From Octopus vulgaris (lineage: Eukaryota), in contig OX597814.1 in the NCBI GenBank assembly GCA_951406725.2, positions 12,896,001-12,960,000 on the forward strand: a stretch of DNA of 64,000 bases, read 5' to 3'. How positions within the stretch are numbered: position 1 is the stretch's first letter; each line of letters begins with the position of its first letter. The notes under the pieces are model-generated. The model ran no database searches. It was not told the origin of the DNA and worked only from the letters and a program-made list of their open reading frames with translations. The translations under genes were made by a program, and so were the position numbers. Positions 28,537 through 42,997 of the stretch are shown here, piece after piece.

Positions 28537-29289
28537 ATGAAATACCGTCTAAGGTCTGACAATATGTCTTCTGTTAAATGAAGTCAGAATAGATATCAAT
28601 AATGAAACTGAAAGGCAAGTTACAGTCGACCGCACTGAAACATTTATACCATCGCTAAAATTATATACACTTGTAGGACATTAATAATTGTAAATTACAT
28701 TGTATATATTCAAATGCTCATAAAATTGGAAGATAAAAATATTAGAAAACCTGAAGCATAGCATCACAAATTCTGCTTGCAGTTCTAATTAAAATGTTCG
28801 TAAGACAAGAACCATATCGTCAAGAATTCTGGTTATGGCTGTGTTCAAAATGTCGAAGAGATACAAAGTATAGTGTCAAGAATTCCGGTAACAATTCTGT
28901 TCAAAATGTTGAAACTATAAAGTGGAATCCGAACTGCTCTCACATCAAGTTCTAAAGCGATTCCGAGCAAAACCTCAGCTCCCTCTGTTTAACGGGCCAA
29001 AATGCTAGCATTTGCTGTATAGACGCTAGGCTAGTACACAACACGGTGTACGATACAAGTCAAACTAAATGGACCTGACCATCACCTGGTAAACGAAAGT
29101 GAGTACCCAAATGTGAAAAGCCATAGTGTGGGAAGATAATATTCAAGAGGGATCAGGCTTCGGCTACACACACACACGCACACACACACATACACACGCA
29201 CACGAACACAAACACACACGCACAAACACAAACACACACACACGTATGTATACAAATGAAGAAGGTTGTTGTGTAAGGGCGGAATAATG

Positions 29290-29620
29290 CAAGAATGTAC
29301 AAAACAGACAAAAGGGAACGAAAAGAAAACAAAGCTGCAGTTTTACCCCGAACTTCTGTAATTCGCTGTGAAGCCACCTTCACGAGGACATTTGGGAAAA
29401 TCGGTAGTTGGTTAAAATCTCACTGTTCATATGTGTGCATGAGAAGGAAATAGGGGAGGAAGGTTACGCACGGACTAGTGTTGCTATAATAACCAGTCTG
29501 GTTAATGCCGTCCCTTCCCGTTGTTGTATTTCTCAATTTGTTCATAAGGAAAGTTTCCATGGTTCTGAGATTGCCTTGTGAATAATTGACTTGTTTGAAC
29601 ATGACCACCTTGATATATGC
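29290..29620 (-). mobile_element. Possible Penelope GIY-YIG C-terminus and pLTR remnant
   Basis: Minus ORF ends LRTMETFLMNKLRNTTTGRDGIN, similar to the R...E...I..L.T...G.N end of Penelope endonucleases. Weak match. Confidence 0.4.
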
Positions 29621-30300
29621 GAAAACATCTTTTGACTCAGCATGGTATACAGGTAATATATTTAAGTATGCAAGTGAAAACAAGCATATTCATTTATGTA
29701 CCCACATATATAGACACAATCCCAGTGGTTAACCGCAAAACATTATCCTGTTTATGTGTTTCATTTTGTTTGTATGTTAACAAACGATGCTAATCCCACC
29801 AGAATAGCCCCTTTCCTGAAAGTGAAATTTGAACATAGATAACAAATGAACTTCACGCACAGAAGTAATATGCCACCATGAGGAACTACATCAGCACACA
29901 AGCATAAGAACATCCTACCCAGAACATAATGAAAGATAATGCAAACAAATTTACCACGTGATTGTCCAAACGCCAAATCCGAGGGAAACAACCACTCAAA
30001 AGATGCCAACCATAAGTAGCGTCCCTTGATTCATTGTTTTATTCAAGAGAATCTCCGTTAATTGAACGAGACTTTGCTTTCCAAAATGTAGTTGGACAAC
30101 TATCCTCCATGTGATCTGCTTGAAGATTTGTTACGACCCTGGGATATTTTCCTACTTAGCGCTGCATGAAACAAATGGTAGCCTTAATTCACAAATAAAG
30201 ACATTCTATTCACCAATGCGGTGTTGAGGACTCATTTTTATCGTTCGACTTTTACGCATATCTATATACGTACATACATACATACATACATACATACATT

Positions 30301-30334
<34 letters not shown>

Positions 30335-32146
30335 CATACGCAAACATATATGTATGCATACACGCAAAAATCACACACAACTCACACACATGCACGCACA
30401 CACTCATATATATATATGCATATATCTACACTCGCACAGTCAATTGTTTGTTCATATAAATCTGTGTATATGTTCATCTGTGTACGAGAATGTGTAAAAA
30501 TGAATAACGAAAATACTATAGCGTTATTTTAATCATAATGCAAATACAGCTTATATTAATTATTAGTACTCAAATCCAATAATGTTTGGAAAGGTGAATT
30601 TTGCAGATATGCTGTAACTTAAAAAATTAAAATTCTTATACGATAATCAATAGCCTATTGATTATTTTCCTGAAATATCTCGATGTTATTCGATTGCTCT
30701 TGGTGATAAATTGTTTCGTTATTTTTCTGTGACCCTAACGAGATTAAATTTTCAACGACGTTGAGACATATATTTTGATTAAACTAGCGATCATGGTATA
30801 AATTATATTCTATAATTCTTGAAATAGTTATATTGTTGAAGTAATTATATTATTGAACGTATAAGTTTGTGCAGTTTCTTTCGTTTTTATTTCTGTATTT
30901 TTGGTGTTTTGTTATCGTTCTTAGTGCTTTTCTTTCTATTTCATTTTTAATTACATTCTCGTTGCTGTGGCCTGCACATTCAATATTCACTAGCTCTGTT
31001 TCTATAATGAGTTACAAAAATATAAACAGTTCTCTCTCACTAATGTAAATACGGCTAGATCAGTCCGACGGTCGAAATTATAACGAAGTAGAATCATTGA
31101 AGAACAGCTTGTACACTTGATCGGACGTAAGGTCAATTTTTAAAGAAGATTATACATTATTCGACGTATACATTACATTATAATATAACACTGCATCGAG
31201 AAAACAAAACAACAGATACAGATTAATCAATTTTGTAATTACAAAGTCGATACCCTATACTTTCCAGGGATATAGCTTCTCAGAATTTTCACCATAGCTT
31301 TGTTTCTTTAATAGTGATGCTCTCTGTAAACTAAAAGTGCTATTTTATAAATGTGCTTTACATAATTTATCTTGCTTATATTACTGGTATTTATGTTATC
31401 GTAAAATACTGTCTCAATGAAACGAAAATACAATTTCGGCAATTTTACATCAATATTATACTTTTTGCATAGCATCTGTTATTGAATCTACTGAATATTT
31501 ATTTATTTTAATTCTGCTTAGCTACACATTTTTGCTATTAATGTTGTTTAACCCTCAGCCAACATTGAGTTGGCACATCTATGAAGTGGTCTTCTAACAA
31601 CTATCTTTATTCAGGTTTCTTTTAACTAGTGCGACATCTTTGATATCAGATTTAGATGTTCAAGTGTTTTAAATGCATTTAAATTGTTATTTCCGGTAGG
31701 CGAAAAAGACAAAATGAATACGTTATGACTCGTTCAAGAAGTTAGGTATGTGTAGGATTGGGAATCAGTTTCAATACTAGAGCAATGATAAAATACTTTA
31801 GCTTATGTACTATTTGATATGAGAAAGAAGAGGACGAGTCTGAAAGTCAACCGGTTGAAGGCAATCTACATTTTCTGTACTTTTACAATTAATTTAATTG
31901 ATTCATAAAATAAGAAACAAATATTAATAGATATTTATTGTTGCGTGATTTTTTTATGCATGCTAATATTTTGGAATATATTTATAATTGTTATTTGTGA
32001 CTCACCATGGAATATGTTTTAAATGTGAATATGTGGTATGTATCAGCGATTAGGCAGGTTGTTGATGTACCGATTCATGCAGAGATATTAGGCTTGCAAA
32101 TATTTTCAGTTTTGAATTAGCATCATCGGTATAAAATTCAGAAGAG

Positions 32147-32566
32147 CTTTACTCTTTACTCTTTACTCCTTTACTTGTTTCAGTCATTTGACTGCGGCCA
32201 TGCTGGAGACCGCCTTTAGTCGAGCAAATCGACCCCAGGACTTATTCTTTGTAAGCCCAGTACTTATTCTATCGGTCTCTTTTGCCGAACCGCTAAGTGA
32301 CGGGGGACATAAACACACCAGCATCGGTTGTCAAGCAATGCTAGGGGGACAAACACAGACACACAAACACACACATACATATATATATATATATACATAT
32401 ATACGACAGGCTTCTTTCAGTTTCCGTCTACCACATCCACTCACAGGGCATTGGTCGGCCCGGGGCTATAGCAGAAGACACTTGGCCAAGATGCCACGCA
32501 ATGGGACTGAACCCGGAGCCATGTGGTTGGTTAGCAAGCTACTTACCACACAGCCACTCCTGCGCC
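32147..32566 (-). mobile_element. tRNA-derived CORE-type SINE, family B (octopus OR-like), full length
   Basis: Minus strand head ggcgcaggagtggctgtgtggtaagtagcttgctaaccaaccacatgg, B-box gggttcagtccc, internal (TA)/(TG) tract, tail (gtaaaga)n. Confidence 0.92.
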
Positions 32567-35500
32567 TTTCAGGAGGTATTCGAAAGATTAAATTAATGGA
32601 GAGGGAATACAATATAAGAGAAACATTTTCATGTCAAGAATAAGCAAACGGTGGAAATGAACTTAATGCAACCAAAATAACTTGGTACATGCACACGTAA
32701 AACATATGTGAAATCAGAATGACTAGGTGTCATAAATGAATCATTATATATGTGTGTGCTACGAAGACGAATTGGAATTCGTGCATATTTTGATATTTCT
32801 GCTTTGCCCGAAGGCAGCCCTGATTCGGAAAACTTACTGTAGAATCCTTTAATAGTTTTGGCTGCGCGCTATTTTCCCATGCATTGTACAGTCATCGTCA
32901 CATTTACTGTTGTGTGAATGTTATGTGTAGACAATACGTTACGATTTGAAAGCAGTCTGTCTGCTGTTTGCATCGAAACAAAGTCACAGAGGTAATTGTT
33001 TACTTTGAGAGGGACGTTGAAGACAATGTCGATCATACTCGCTTTAAAAGATTGGGAGAAAGAGAAATACATACAAAGAACAAAAGAGGATTTTTATTTT
33101 AAGACAAATATAGAATGTATTAAATATCGATAAGTAATCAATATAGAAATTCAGTAATTGTCAGATTTAATATGTATATGTCAAATGTGTATTCAAGATA
33201 TTTATAGTAATTATGGCGGGAATTTACATTTCTTAAACCCATATGCTCTTAATACTGACAAACACAATCTTATGTATGCTTACATTCCAGATCTGAATGA
33301 CGGACATATTTAATTTTAGTTATCTTATATTTAGCTACGGTTTCAATGGGCATTAGATTTTAGGGTGGAGTCGAAATAAAGCGAATGTGTCGACGTATGT
33401 GTTTATATTATTTGTGTAGTGTATTCTGGGTCCACTACTCCAAACTAATCGGTTGGTTTATGCACTTTATAAACACCAGTGATTTCTTGTTTCAATTGAT
33501 TTTGTCTTAAAGCTATTGTAGTCCTTTGTCGATGTGACTTTCATTTTTAATATTTATGATGTTGTCTTATGTCAATTGCTAACTGTAGCTTCTACTTCTT
33601 TACTTTTTTTTCGAAGTTGGGGCAAAAAAATCTCAGATACCTGATCGACATCAGGTTATCACATGTCCCGGAACTTTTATCTAGAATAATCCGAGAATTT
33701 CCTCGATATTAGACATTTACAACACTTCGTATCTTAATTTCCACACTAATGAAGAAACCTAATATTTTATCAGTGCCAACTTACTTCGCTGATGAGAAGC
33801 TTGAGACAACGTGTTTGATATAGAGTGTAGATCCTCTTGCCATAAATAACAGTGCATCCAATCTTACATCCAACGTATGTATTAGGAACGGTACAAAAGA
33901 ATGGGTAATGTAATTCTTAGTTACCTCAGGTGAAGGGGTAACGGCTAGGATAACTATTATTATATCTATTTCATGTGGTCTGACATGGTACTATAAGGCA
34001 AAGATATCGTCATTTGTAAGAGTGTTCACGGCCATCTATCTATCACATTAATCGTAGAACAAGAATTTAATGTGAAATCTTCGGATATAAGGAAGATAGT
34101 TACGTAACTTTTTATATCTACGCATTTGGATAAAAAGAACTTTCATTAATATTTTGTGTCTTCTCTTTATGAAGAGACACACTTCTAAGATACTGCGAAG
34201 CAGAATTAGTTTATACCTTTATATTTTTATACTTTTGCAACTACATATGATATTACTTCACATTCAGCGACTTAGTTCAACGTCTCTTGCAAATTGCATC
34301 ACGTCACTGGCTCTTTTCATTTGACTAGTCGCATTTAACATTCTTTGATTCTGGGAAGCATTTAATGCCGATAAATAGATGGTTTACAAAAAAAAAAGAA
34401 AAAAGGAAAAAAGAAAATAAGAAGGAATTTCTTTAACGTATATAGGTGTAACGCGGCAGAATTTTATGAAAGATGAAATAGAATAAATATTAAAGCATGT
34501 TCGTTTCCTCGCGACTTCATACGCATTAAATAAAATACTTAAATTTTTGCAATTCTGTGTAGAGATTTTCATTGTCTTACTTAATTCAAAATTATTGTTT
34601 TATTTCCCACTCAAAAATATTTTTCAGCAACTTATTAAAGGTTTTAAAGGCAATAAATAATTCCGATTAGTGTATCTAACCTGCTAATATCAAATTAGTT
34701 TAGCAACTAGAATAGAATCCTCAGAAGGCTTTTCCCACTTGTACCGCTGGGATTAAAATGTAAGAAGGATACTTAAATTAGTATAATCATTGCATTTTCT
34801 GAATGTTGTCAAATTTTTATAACCCAGCAATTAAAACTATACATGAGATTTATTTATCTGTATAAAAGGGATGGCGAATCGACAGAATTTAACAACTGAA
34901 GTATAATAGTGGATCCAACTGCGCCAGATTATCAATAATGGAAACTTAAAGACGATAGATAAGCAGAATCTTTAGAGCGACGAGCAAAACAAATTCCAAT
35001 ATTTATTTACAACTCTATGCATTGTATAGAAAAAAACTGTCGGCGTCACTTTTGATTTTCAACATTTCCGTGTGGATATATTAACATACCACTCAAGAAC
35101 TGAAGTTGAAACAATCATTTCAAATTTCCTCTTCAAATTTTTTTTGTCTCAGAAATAATTAATGGAAACGTGAAAAGCAGCAGTTAATTGTCAAATTAGC
35201 AATTTCCTGTCCTAAATGCCTTACAATATTTAAAAAAAAAAATTTTATCTCAATTTAGGAAATGCGGGGCGGATCAATTAAGATCCTAATATTTATACCG
35301 TTGTGTTAAAACTAGAAGCGTGTTTAACTGAGGAAATAATTCATCGTATAATTCCATTACACCAGATATATTGTTCTTGTATCAAAATATCAGAGTAAAG
35401 GTGTGTTTACATACATACATGTGTATATACTTGAAACAGCCTGATTGGAAATGCTAATTACACTGGAGTTTGAAAATTGTGTATGTTTGTTCCTAGTTTG

Positions 35501-36478
35501 TTTTAAAATAGGATTTCCACATGATAGAAATTTTATTTAATATTAAACGAATAGGATATTGCCTATAAATTTATGTTGAAAAAAGGACGCATTTTTAACA
35601 CAGTGAAGAAAACTTATTTTGTTTTCTCATCTCCGTATCGATATGTAAAGGGAAAAAAATCAGTAGCGCATTTTTACAAAATGCAAATTGGCAATTTGTC
35701 AATATTTTTTTAAGCGTAAAATTTGTTGCCGTTATGTAGCTGCCCTGAACTGCTGAATATATTATCGCTATTTTCAAGTCAAGATTTGTATACAGATATA
35801 AGTTTTTACTACATCAAGAAAGAAGAAAATAAGCGAAGGGACTTATAATAGAAAGACATATCCTAAAGAGAGAGAGAGAGTGAGAGAGAGAGAGAGATTT
35901 CTCATTTGTCAACACTTCTTTTGCTGGCGTAGACTCAAAGTAGTCAGTTCTTCGTTGGTTCCAATTCGACGAGGATGGATAAGCAGAAAAATCTAAGAAT
36001 GTTGGCACAAAACTGCAACTATCCGCATAAAACGAAGCATGTATAGCCAGTGGTTTTCGAAATTTTAAATACACGCAATTCTAAGCATACAACCTGCATA
36101 TTTTTACAACTGTCCATTTGTGTGGTATGATCGCAACATATCGTCTTATAGCATATTAGATAACGAAGTTTAAGCAATTTGACTTGCCACAAAGACGTGC
36201 ATGCACTTCACATGTAACCTTCGCAAACAGAAATATGCACTCGTACTCAAATACTTTAATACAAGAATTAAATGTTTGAAAAAACAGAATTGGTCAATGT
36301 ATTCATTTTTCCTGTAAAATAATCTTTTACTTAGTGACAACTTTGAACGTATAACGACATAAGATTGTTCATCTCAACGTTGACTGCTAAATTTGAGTTT
36401 GGTAGGTTTGGAAGTTAGAAGGCAAAAACTATTCAGACAAGTAATTGATTAATTCTGTAATTCTTTATTTTACATTAA

Positions 36479-36650
36479 GGTGGTGAGCTGACAGAGTCGT
36501 TAGCGCACCAGACAAAATGCTTAGCGGCATCTCATCCGTCTTCACATTCCTTCGTGGTCGAGTTTGCCTTTCATTTTTTCGGTGTCGATAGGATAAGTAG
36601 CAGTTGAGTACTGGGGTCGATGCGATCGACTTACCTCATCCCCAAAAGGT
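36479..36650 (+). mobile_element. SINE family A, diverged
   Basis: ggtggtgagctgacagagtcgttagc...aaatgcttagcggcat...tttgcctttcat...gtactggggtcgat. Confidence 0.85.
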
Positions 36651-39600
36651 TTATTAATAGTTATTTCCCTTTCATTTGAATTTAGTAATATTTTTATTTG
36701 CTTCAGCAGCCAATACCTTCAGTTTTACCATCCCCATTCTTTGAATGAATTGGATGAATATCGCTTTTCTATAGTTTTAGCTCTTTATATTAATATGTTT
36801 GTCAACATTTCGGAAATATATCATTTATACTAATTTCAGAATTATTCTGTAATTAAGATTTAGCCCTCTCTTAATGTCACCATTAGTGGACAGAGACTTT
36901 TCAAGCAACTCTTCCAGTTGGTATAAACGTTCAAGATAGAAGTTTAGATACGTCAGTTTAAGTTAATCTTTAATTTTTCTTTTAAAAGAAATCCGGAGAG
37001 AAATTTAAAAGGCAGTGGAAACAGAAAACAAAATGATTTAGATTTTTGACTGTAACCAATTTCATTAAACATGTGAAATGCAAAATAATTCTATTCGAAT
37101 TAGAAAACAAACGAACAAAAAGACTACTATGGGGATTATAATAAGATAAAAACCTGATGTCCCATCAGTTGTAATTTAGATTTTAATCAACAACAACTGA
37201 GTGAAGTCAGATTTCAAATACCATTAACGTTATCGTACATGATTTCTGTTTTAAGTCAGGACACTAATTCTTTTGCAGACAGCTGTCTAAATAGTGTAGG
37301 AATCATTTTGCGTATTCATTATAATCGTACCAATCATTAGAATTTAAATGCTGAACATTCTATTATTGAGTGTTCAAAGTATTTTTAAAATGTTCTTTTC
37401 AAATTTTATTTGTATTCATTGGTTTTCTAGCTTTTATTCAGGAATGCCAATTGATTCATTTCCATAACACAGCATTATTCAATGATCACTGTATTGAAAT
37501 ATATTTAAAATACACAATGCATCGTAAAAATGAAAAAAAACATATTCTCGCTATCTGGTTATAATTCAACTTGTATGATCCCACTGAAAAAAATAATAAA
37601 ATAGTCATCTTCTATGATGCTATTAAATTTGCAGGAAACAGCTTTGACTCTCTAACGTATGAATATTTGAGATTGCATAATAAAAATATACCAGCACTCA
37701 AGTTTTGTATTGTAGCTAAATATGTTGAGGATAGAATATTATCTACATTCAAACCATCAAAACATTTATATGTTCAAATAAGTAAAACAATAATGTATAG
37801 CTATATGGTAGCTATTTTACACAAAACAAGTTTAACTCCTACTTATTCGTTTATAGAAATAAACAGTATGATATTTTGTTACGTCTTTCGATAGAAAATT
37901 GCATGTTTCGTCTTTGAAAATAACCATAAAGCATCACAATAAAGAGAAACAGAAGTTCAAAACAACATCTCACAATGACACTGCTTTAACAAGTGCGTCA
38001 GTTGCATTGGGGGTCATGGTGACTTGTAAACCTGGGTAAAAATTTAATTACAGAATAATTTGGAAATTAGGATATGCAATTTATTTCTCAAATGAAAGAA
38101 TCTAGTAGGCGAAATTACATCTTCTATCATTACATCAGGGTCAACTTAGGTTAATACATTACGAGAATCGTTTGTGGGGACACAAAGAGTGTATTTGCCT
38201 TCTAGCTGTTCTATGAATCAGGAGTAGTTATTTTTTGTTGCGAAAATAAAGGAGCCAGAGATGAAGGGGACCATATTGATGTATATAAATATATCATTCT
38301 ACTCGAATACAAAGGAAATCGCTCATATGACAACCAAATGCTTTAAGGGAATGACATTTTATTTCACTTGTAATAATGATATTGTGATTCTGATTTTCCA
38401 GTATGATATCTAACGACCATCAGTCTTCCATTTCTCCCAATTCAAACTGGTTTCAGCATAAAATTTTATTCCTCTCTGCCTCATAAAATTTGTTTACTGT
38501 GCCTGTTTTCTTAATAAAAATAATAATTTTCTTTGTTGAAAGGTATGAACTATTAACCTGACCGCTAACTCCAAACAGGGTATTCATTAATAATCCGTAT
38601 ACATGGAGATTTTACTTATCAAAGGAAAGTCCTCACCAAACAGACTTCTTACCAAATGCTTTTTAGCCATTACTATCTCCCCTTTATTTTATATAGATAT
38701 AAGAATTGACACTGACTTTTTCCTTTATTTAAGACGAGGTAAACTTATAATAGCATTTGTTGCTATTTCAGGCAGAGCGAGTGTGTACTCAGAGGATTCC
38801 TCATTTTCAAGTAATGTGACATGGCGAACCTACTTTTGTTAGTATCATGAGATGAAATAAAGGAACAATGGATATTTTTCATGCTGCTAAACCTTCTAGA
38901 GTTGGACAGCCTATTTGCAATTTTGTTAACGTAGTATGTTAATGCAAGAATAATACATTTTGAAATACCTTCCTAACATTGAATTTCCTTGTTTCGTCAA
39001 TATAAACGATATTTAGAAATTACTTCTTATAGTGATTTAAATCTTTTAGTATTCGCTTTCACTCAAATAGCTTTCAATAGTTACATCTGCGGAAGAGAAT
39101 TGGAATGCCTGATAAAAACGTGTATATCTGTAGTGTGAAGTTACTTTACGTTATCTCAAACTATTAAAGCATTTGCATGAATTAGGTAGCGTCCACTAGG
39201 CAATTTCCGAACATTTCAATTAAAATATGGCATATTTGTATTCGTGGATAAGCGCCATGCTTATTTGAATATTATTTAAAAGCGATAAGATAAATACAAA
39301 TAAGAAATAACAAACACAGGATTTCCAACAATTTCCGTATACACTCACCTTACACCCATGTTTGCTACATTAACACAAAGTAAATATCCCTTACCCAGAG
39401 AAGTATACAAAGGTAAAGTGTACTGTCATATTCATATACACTGAAGATATCTCTCGAATATTATCCTATTTCATTTATATCCCCAGTATATTCCTGATAT
39501 CTAGGATCGAAATTAAGTTCACATGAATGTGTGTGAGTGAAGATTATATGTAAATATACACTACCAAAAAATAGGTCACTTGCAGATATATAACATTTCA

Positions 39601-40424
39601 ACAATGCTGAGCTATATCTTATACAACTGACTTCGAATTATTTTCATCTTACAGTTTTGTATTCAGTAAAATCATGATATGCATACTTTGTCATATCATT
39701 CAACTACGGTAGTAGTTGAATAATATTCTTAAGGCTGCAATTTACTCGCAAGTATCGTATTTCAGAGCTTATCGTTAATTAAGTTCTTAACTAAATTGAA
39801 ACTTCTAAGCATGTTTGAAGAGGCTACATTTTGGAATGGGGAAATTGAGATTTGATCCAGAAGAAAAAGGTTTACATCAAAATTTGTAGCAACGTTACAG
39901 GAGCGTAATTATCGCTCCCAATCAATATTTAGATCGAAATAACTTTTTGTTTTAAAAGCAAAATATATTTATCTTAGCGTCAATGATAGAAGAAGGTACG
40001 AAAAATTTCATAGATTTGTTCCCATGCAACAAATTTTGTATCAAAATGTTGTGAGCTACAATATCCTGAAAAACAATATGAGGCCAAAAATTGGATTTGA
40101 GAATAATTACGTTTTTTATTTTAAAAACAAAGTATATTTTAATTAAACTTAAATGATAGAGCTCAATTCGAGGAATTTCATGGTATCAATCCCATGCAAT
40201 GAGGTTTTTTTAAACAAAAACGTTATAAGTGTTTGTTTCTCACATTTGAGGGTGAAAAATATATTTCTATACTATTTTTAAGAATATAGTTCTATGAGAG
40301 TCTTTTAATATATGTCACTGGCGTTATTGTGTTAAGGAAAAAATTATCAACAACACTGCTAATTGGCATATGTAACACGTTCTGAATTAGCATAATAGCA
40401 TAGACTGGAAAAAAACATAGATTA

Positions 40425-41234
40425 CATGAAATAATGCGAGCAAGAGAAAAAATATTCTTAAGATTATAAACCTGGAAAATTATAGGACAAGTTATTTTAC
40501 TTGGAAAGTGCAGGACAACTTATTACGTCTACTAAATTACAGAACAAGAAAATATTTCCATGAAATATTGCAACTAAGATTAAAATTTGAATATTAAAAA
40601 TTACTTGATTTTTTTATTTACGAGGTAGCAATATAATTAAAAAAAGGTACCAACATGTTATTAAAAAATTGACACACTAGAGTACTTGAAACAATGACAG
40701 CCAGAAGAACCAACAGCAAAGTAGAATAGTAGGCAACTTCTTTATGTAAAAATAGGTATTGTGTCAAGACTAAAAACGTGAATATGTAGCAGTTACTTAA
40801 GCAATAACTCAAGCCAATTTTACTGTGAATATGTTGTTATAGGTAGATTTTACTGTAATATATAACTAATTTTTGTATTATTCTATTTATTGTACTATTA
40901 ATTTTTATAACCTATTTTCAAATTTCTAAATATTACTTGACATAAGTGCAAAAAATATTTTGAATAATTTTTGATTTTTAATAGAAGTAACAAGTAACAA
41001 ATAGAAGTAACAACGTAAGAACATTTTTGTTTTAATAAAAACAAATATTTTCTATATCTAAATATTTTATTTAAAATTTTATCTTCAGCTTCAATAATTT
41101 AAGTAAACATTTTCTTGTTCTGTAGTTTACCAGATGTAATAAGGTTTCCTAAACTTTTCAAAGTGTAATATTTTGTGTAATTTTCCAGGTTTATAATCTT
41201 AAGAATATTTTTCTTTTGCTCGCATTTTCCCATA
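40425..41234. mobile_element. MITE-like element with ~175-bp imperfect TIRs
   Basis: Arm 40425-40600 is inverted relative to 41060-41234 (aatgcgagcaa.agaaaaa..tattcttaagattataaacctggaaaatta). Flanks are TTA and TAA. No ORF. Confidence 0.8.
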
Positions 41235-42924
41235 TAAAACATATATGTTTGACACTGAAAGACCAGGTGCTCAATCAATTTGGAATAACTCGTAAGTTCT
41301 CTTTCAATTCTTTTTTTAATTTTTGCAGTTCAATAACGAATACGTATGATGCATGAGGAGTAAATAATTATTTCCATGGATGAAAACTTTCTTCAATGTG
41401 GTGAGGAGATTTTTCCCTAAATATTTTTCAAACGTTAACAGAATTATGAAATTTCTCATTGTAAAGTGCAATGCCTGATAGTGTGCATTTCAGTGTTTTC
41501 CTACAATAAGAATTTTTTCTGTTTGACCCTCTGTAAGCGCAGGCATATTTATCAGCGCGTAAGACCGAATCTAAAAGAAATATTGTTTGTAATTATTTTC
41601 AGTTGTTTAAGTATTCTATTCTTCAGCATTAATGTTGCAACCATAGGAAACAAATTCACCCATTATATTGCTAAAACAAGAGGTCATTTTAGTGATGTGT
41701 AATACTATATAAATCATAGCTTAGTTAACATTTCTATGCGAATTTATTAGGCAAATATCTAGATCTAAATTGAATGAAACGCAGAAAAACATTCAGCCCT
41801 AATATTAAATTTCAGATTGTCTCGACTGACATTAGATCAGAATTGGCAACATAAAACTTGCATCTAAAGACAAAGAAATAAAATAACAATCAGAATTACA
41901 ATTCGTTTCGACTCTATTCAATTTCAAGTTGATTATATTCTTAAATTATAGTACATTAGAAACGCATATGATTATTTATGGTATCCAATTTAGCGTTAGG
42001 ATTTTTCCGATTGGGCTAAAAATTGGCGCACGGTTTCCAGTGAGTCCATTCTTCATGAAATAGTTTTGCAATATATCATATTCTATCAAGATCCTACGAT
42101 CATAAAACTAATTGGATTCAGCACTGGCAAAGAAATGAAATTAAGTTTAACTAAAATATTGAATATTTAATGCCTATATAAAATAAAAAAAAAACATCAC
42201 TGCAGTTCAATCTAATGTTATGTAATTTAACATAAACTACTTCAATAATAATCCTGATTACAAAATCACATGTAGAACACAGTATACTAAAGATGTTCTT
42301 CAGATCATAAAGGTTTGAGTCCTTTGATTATACGGATAATTCAGTTGTAAATGTCCGGATGCACCTGTAGACTAATAGAATAATCAAAACTATTTTAACC
42401 AACGCAGCGCGATCCAATCAGAAGATTATATCATTCAAAGTTTTAACGAGCACAATGAGCTATTAATTCTCTAGCTTACAATACTCTTGTACTCTTCACA
42501 CGGCAAGTATTACTAGTGTTACAAGGAGAGTTGCTTAAAAGATTGAATAAGCAGACGAACAAAATAAATAAGGATATAGGGAATTGTGAAAACAATAGGC
42601 GGAGTTGTTGATGCTCTATACTACTGGCTTACGAATCACTGTTACCCATTCATCATAAGATATATCAGCCTATTTCCCACTACCATTTGATTTGTATTCA
42701 CCATAGACAGCACGAGTTTCTGTTTGTTTTTTTTGCGAAAGGCCTTCGGAAATTCATTACTAATCGAATAAGAGTTACTTTCATCATATATCAAACTATA
42801 TCTAACATTTAGTTTCTAACAGGGCTATATTGAAAAATTGACTCTAGTATTACTGAATAGTATTCATTTTATCGCCTCAAAATTTTTGAAGAGCAAAGTA
42901 AGCGATATGAACGTACAACTTAGT

Positions 42925-42964
<40 letters not shown>

Positions 42965-42997
42965 CAGAGAGAAAGAGAGTGAGTGAGAGAGAGAGAT
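42925..42997. repeat. (GA)n microsatellite
   Basis: Directly visible. Confidence 0.95.

Noticed and set aside
28795-28925. Two ~56-bp tandem units (gtcaagaatt..ggt...tgttcaaaatgt.gaa), possible coding repeat or LTR-element remnant
   Set aside because: No sustained ORF, LTR or PPT support. Treated as a minor tandem duplication.
32188-32643. 151-aa ORF and similar ORFs at 57336-57608 and 63495-63886
   Set aside because: Chance reading frames through family B SINEs.
38766-38842. Possible host exon after a ttcag acceptor (GRASVYSEDSS...)
   Set aside because: No recognisable domain, no convincing donor or partner exons. RNA-seq would be needed.
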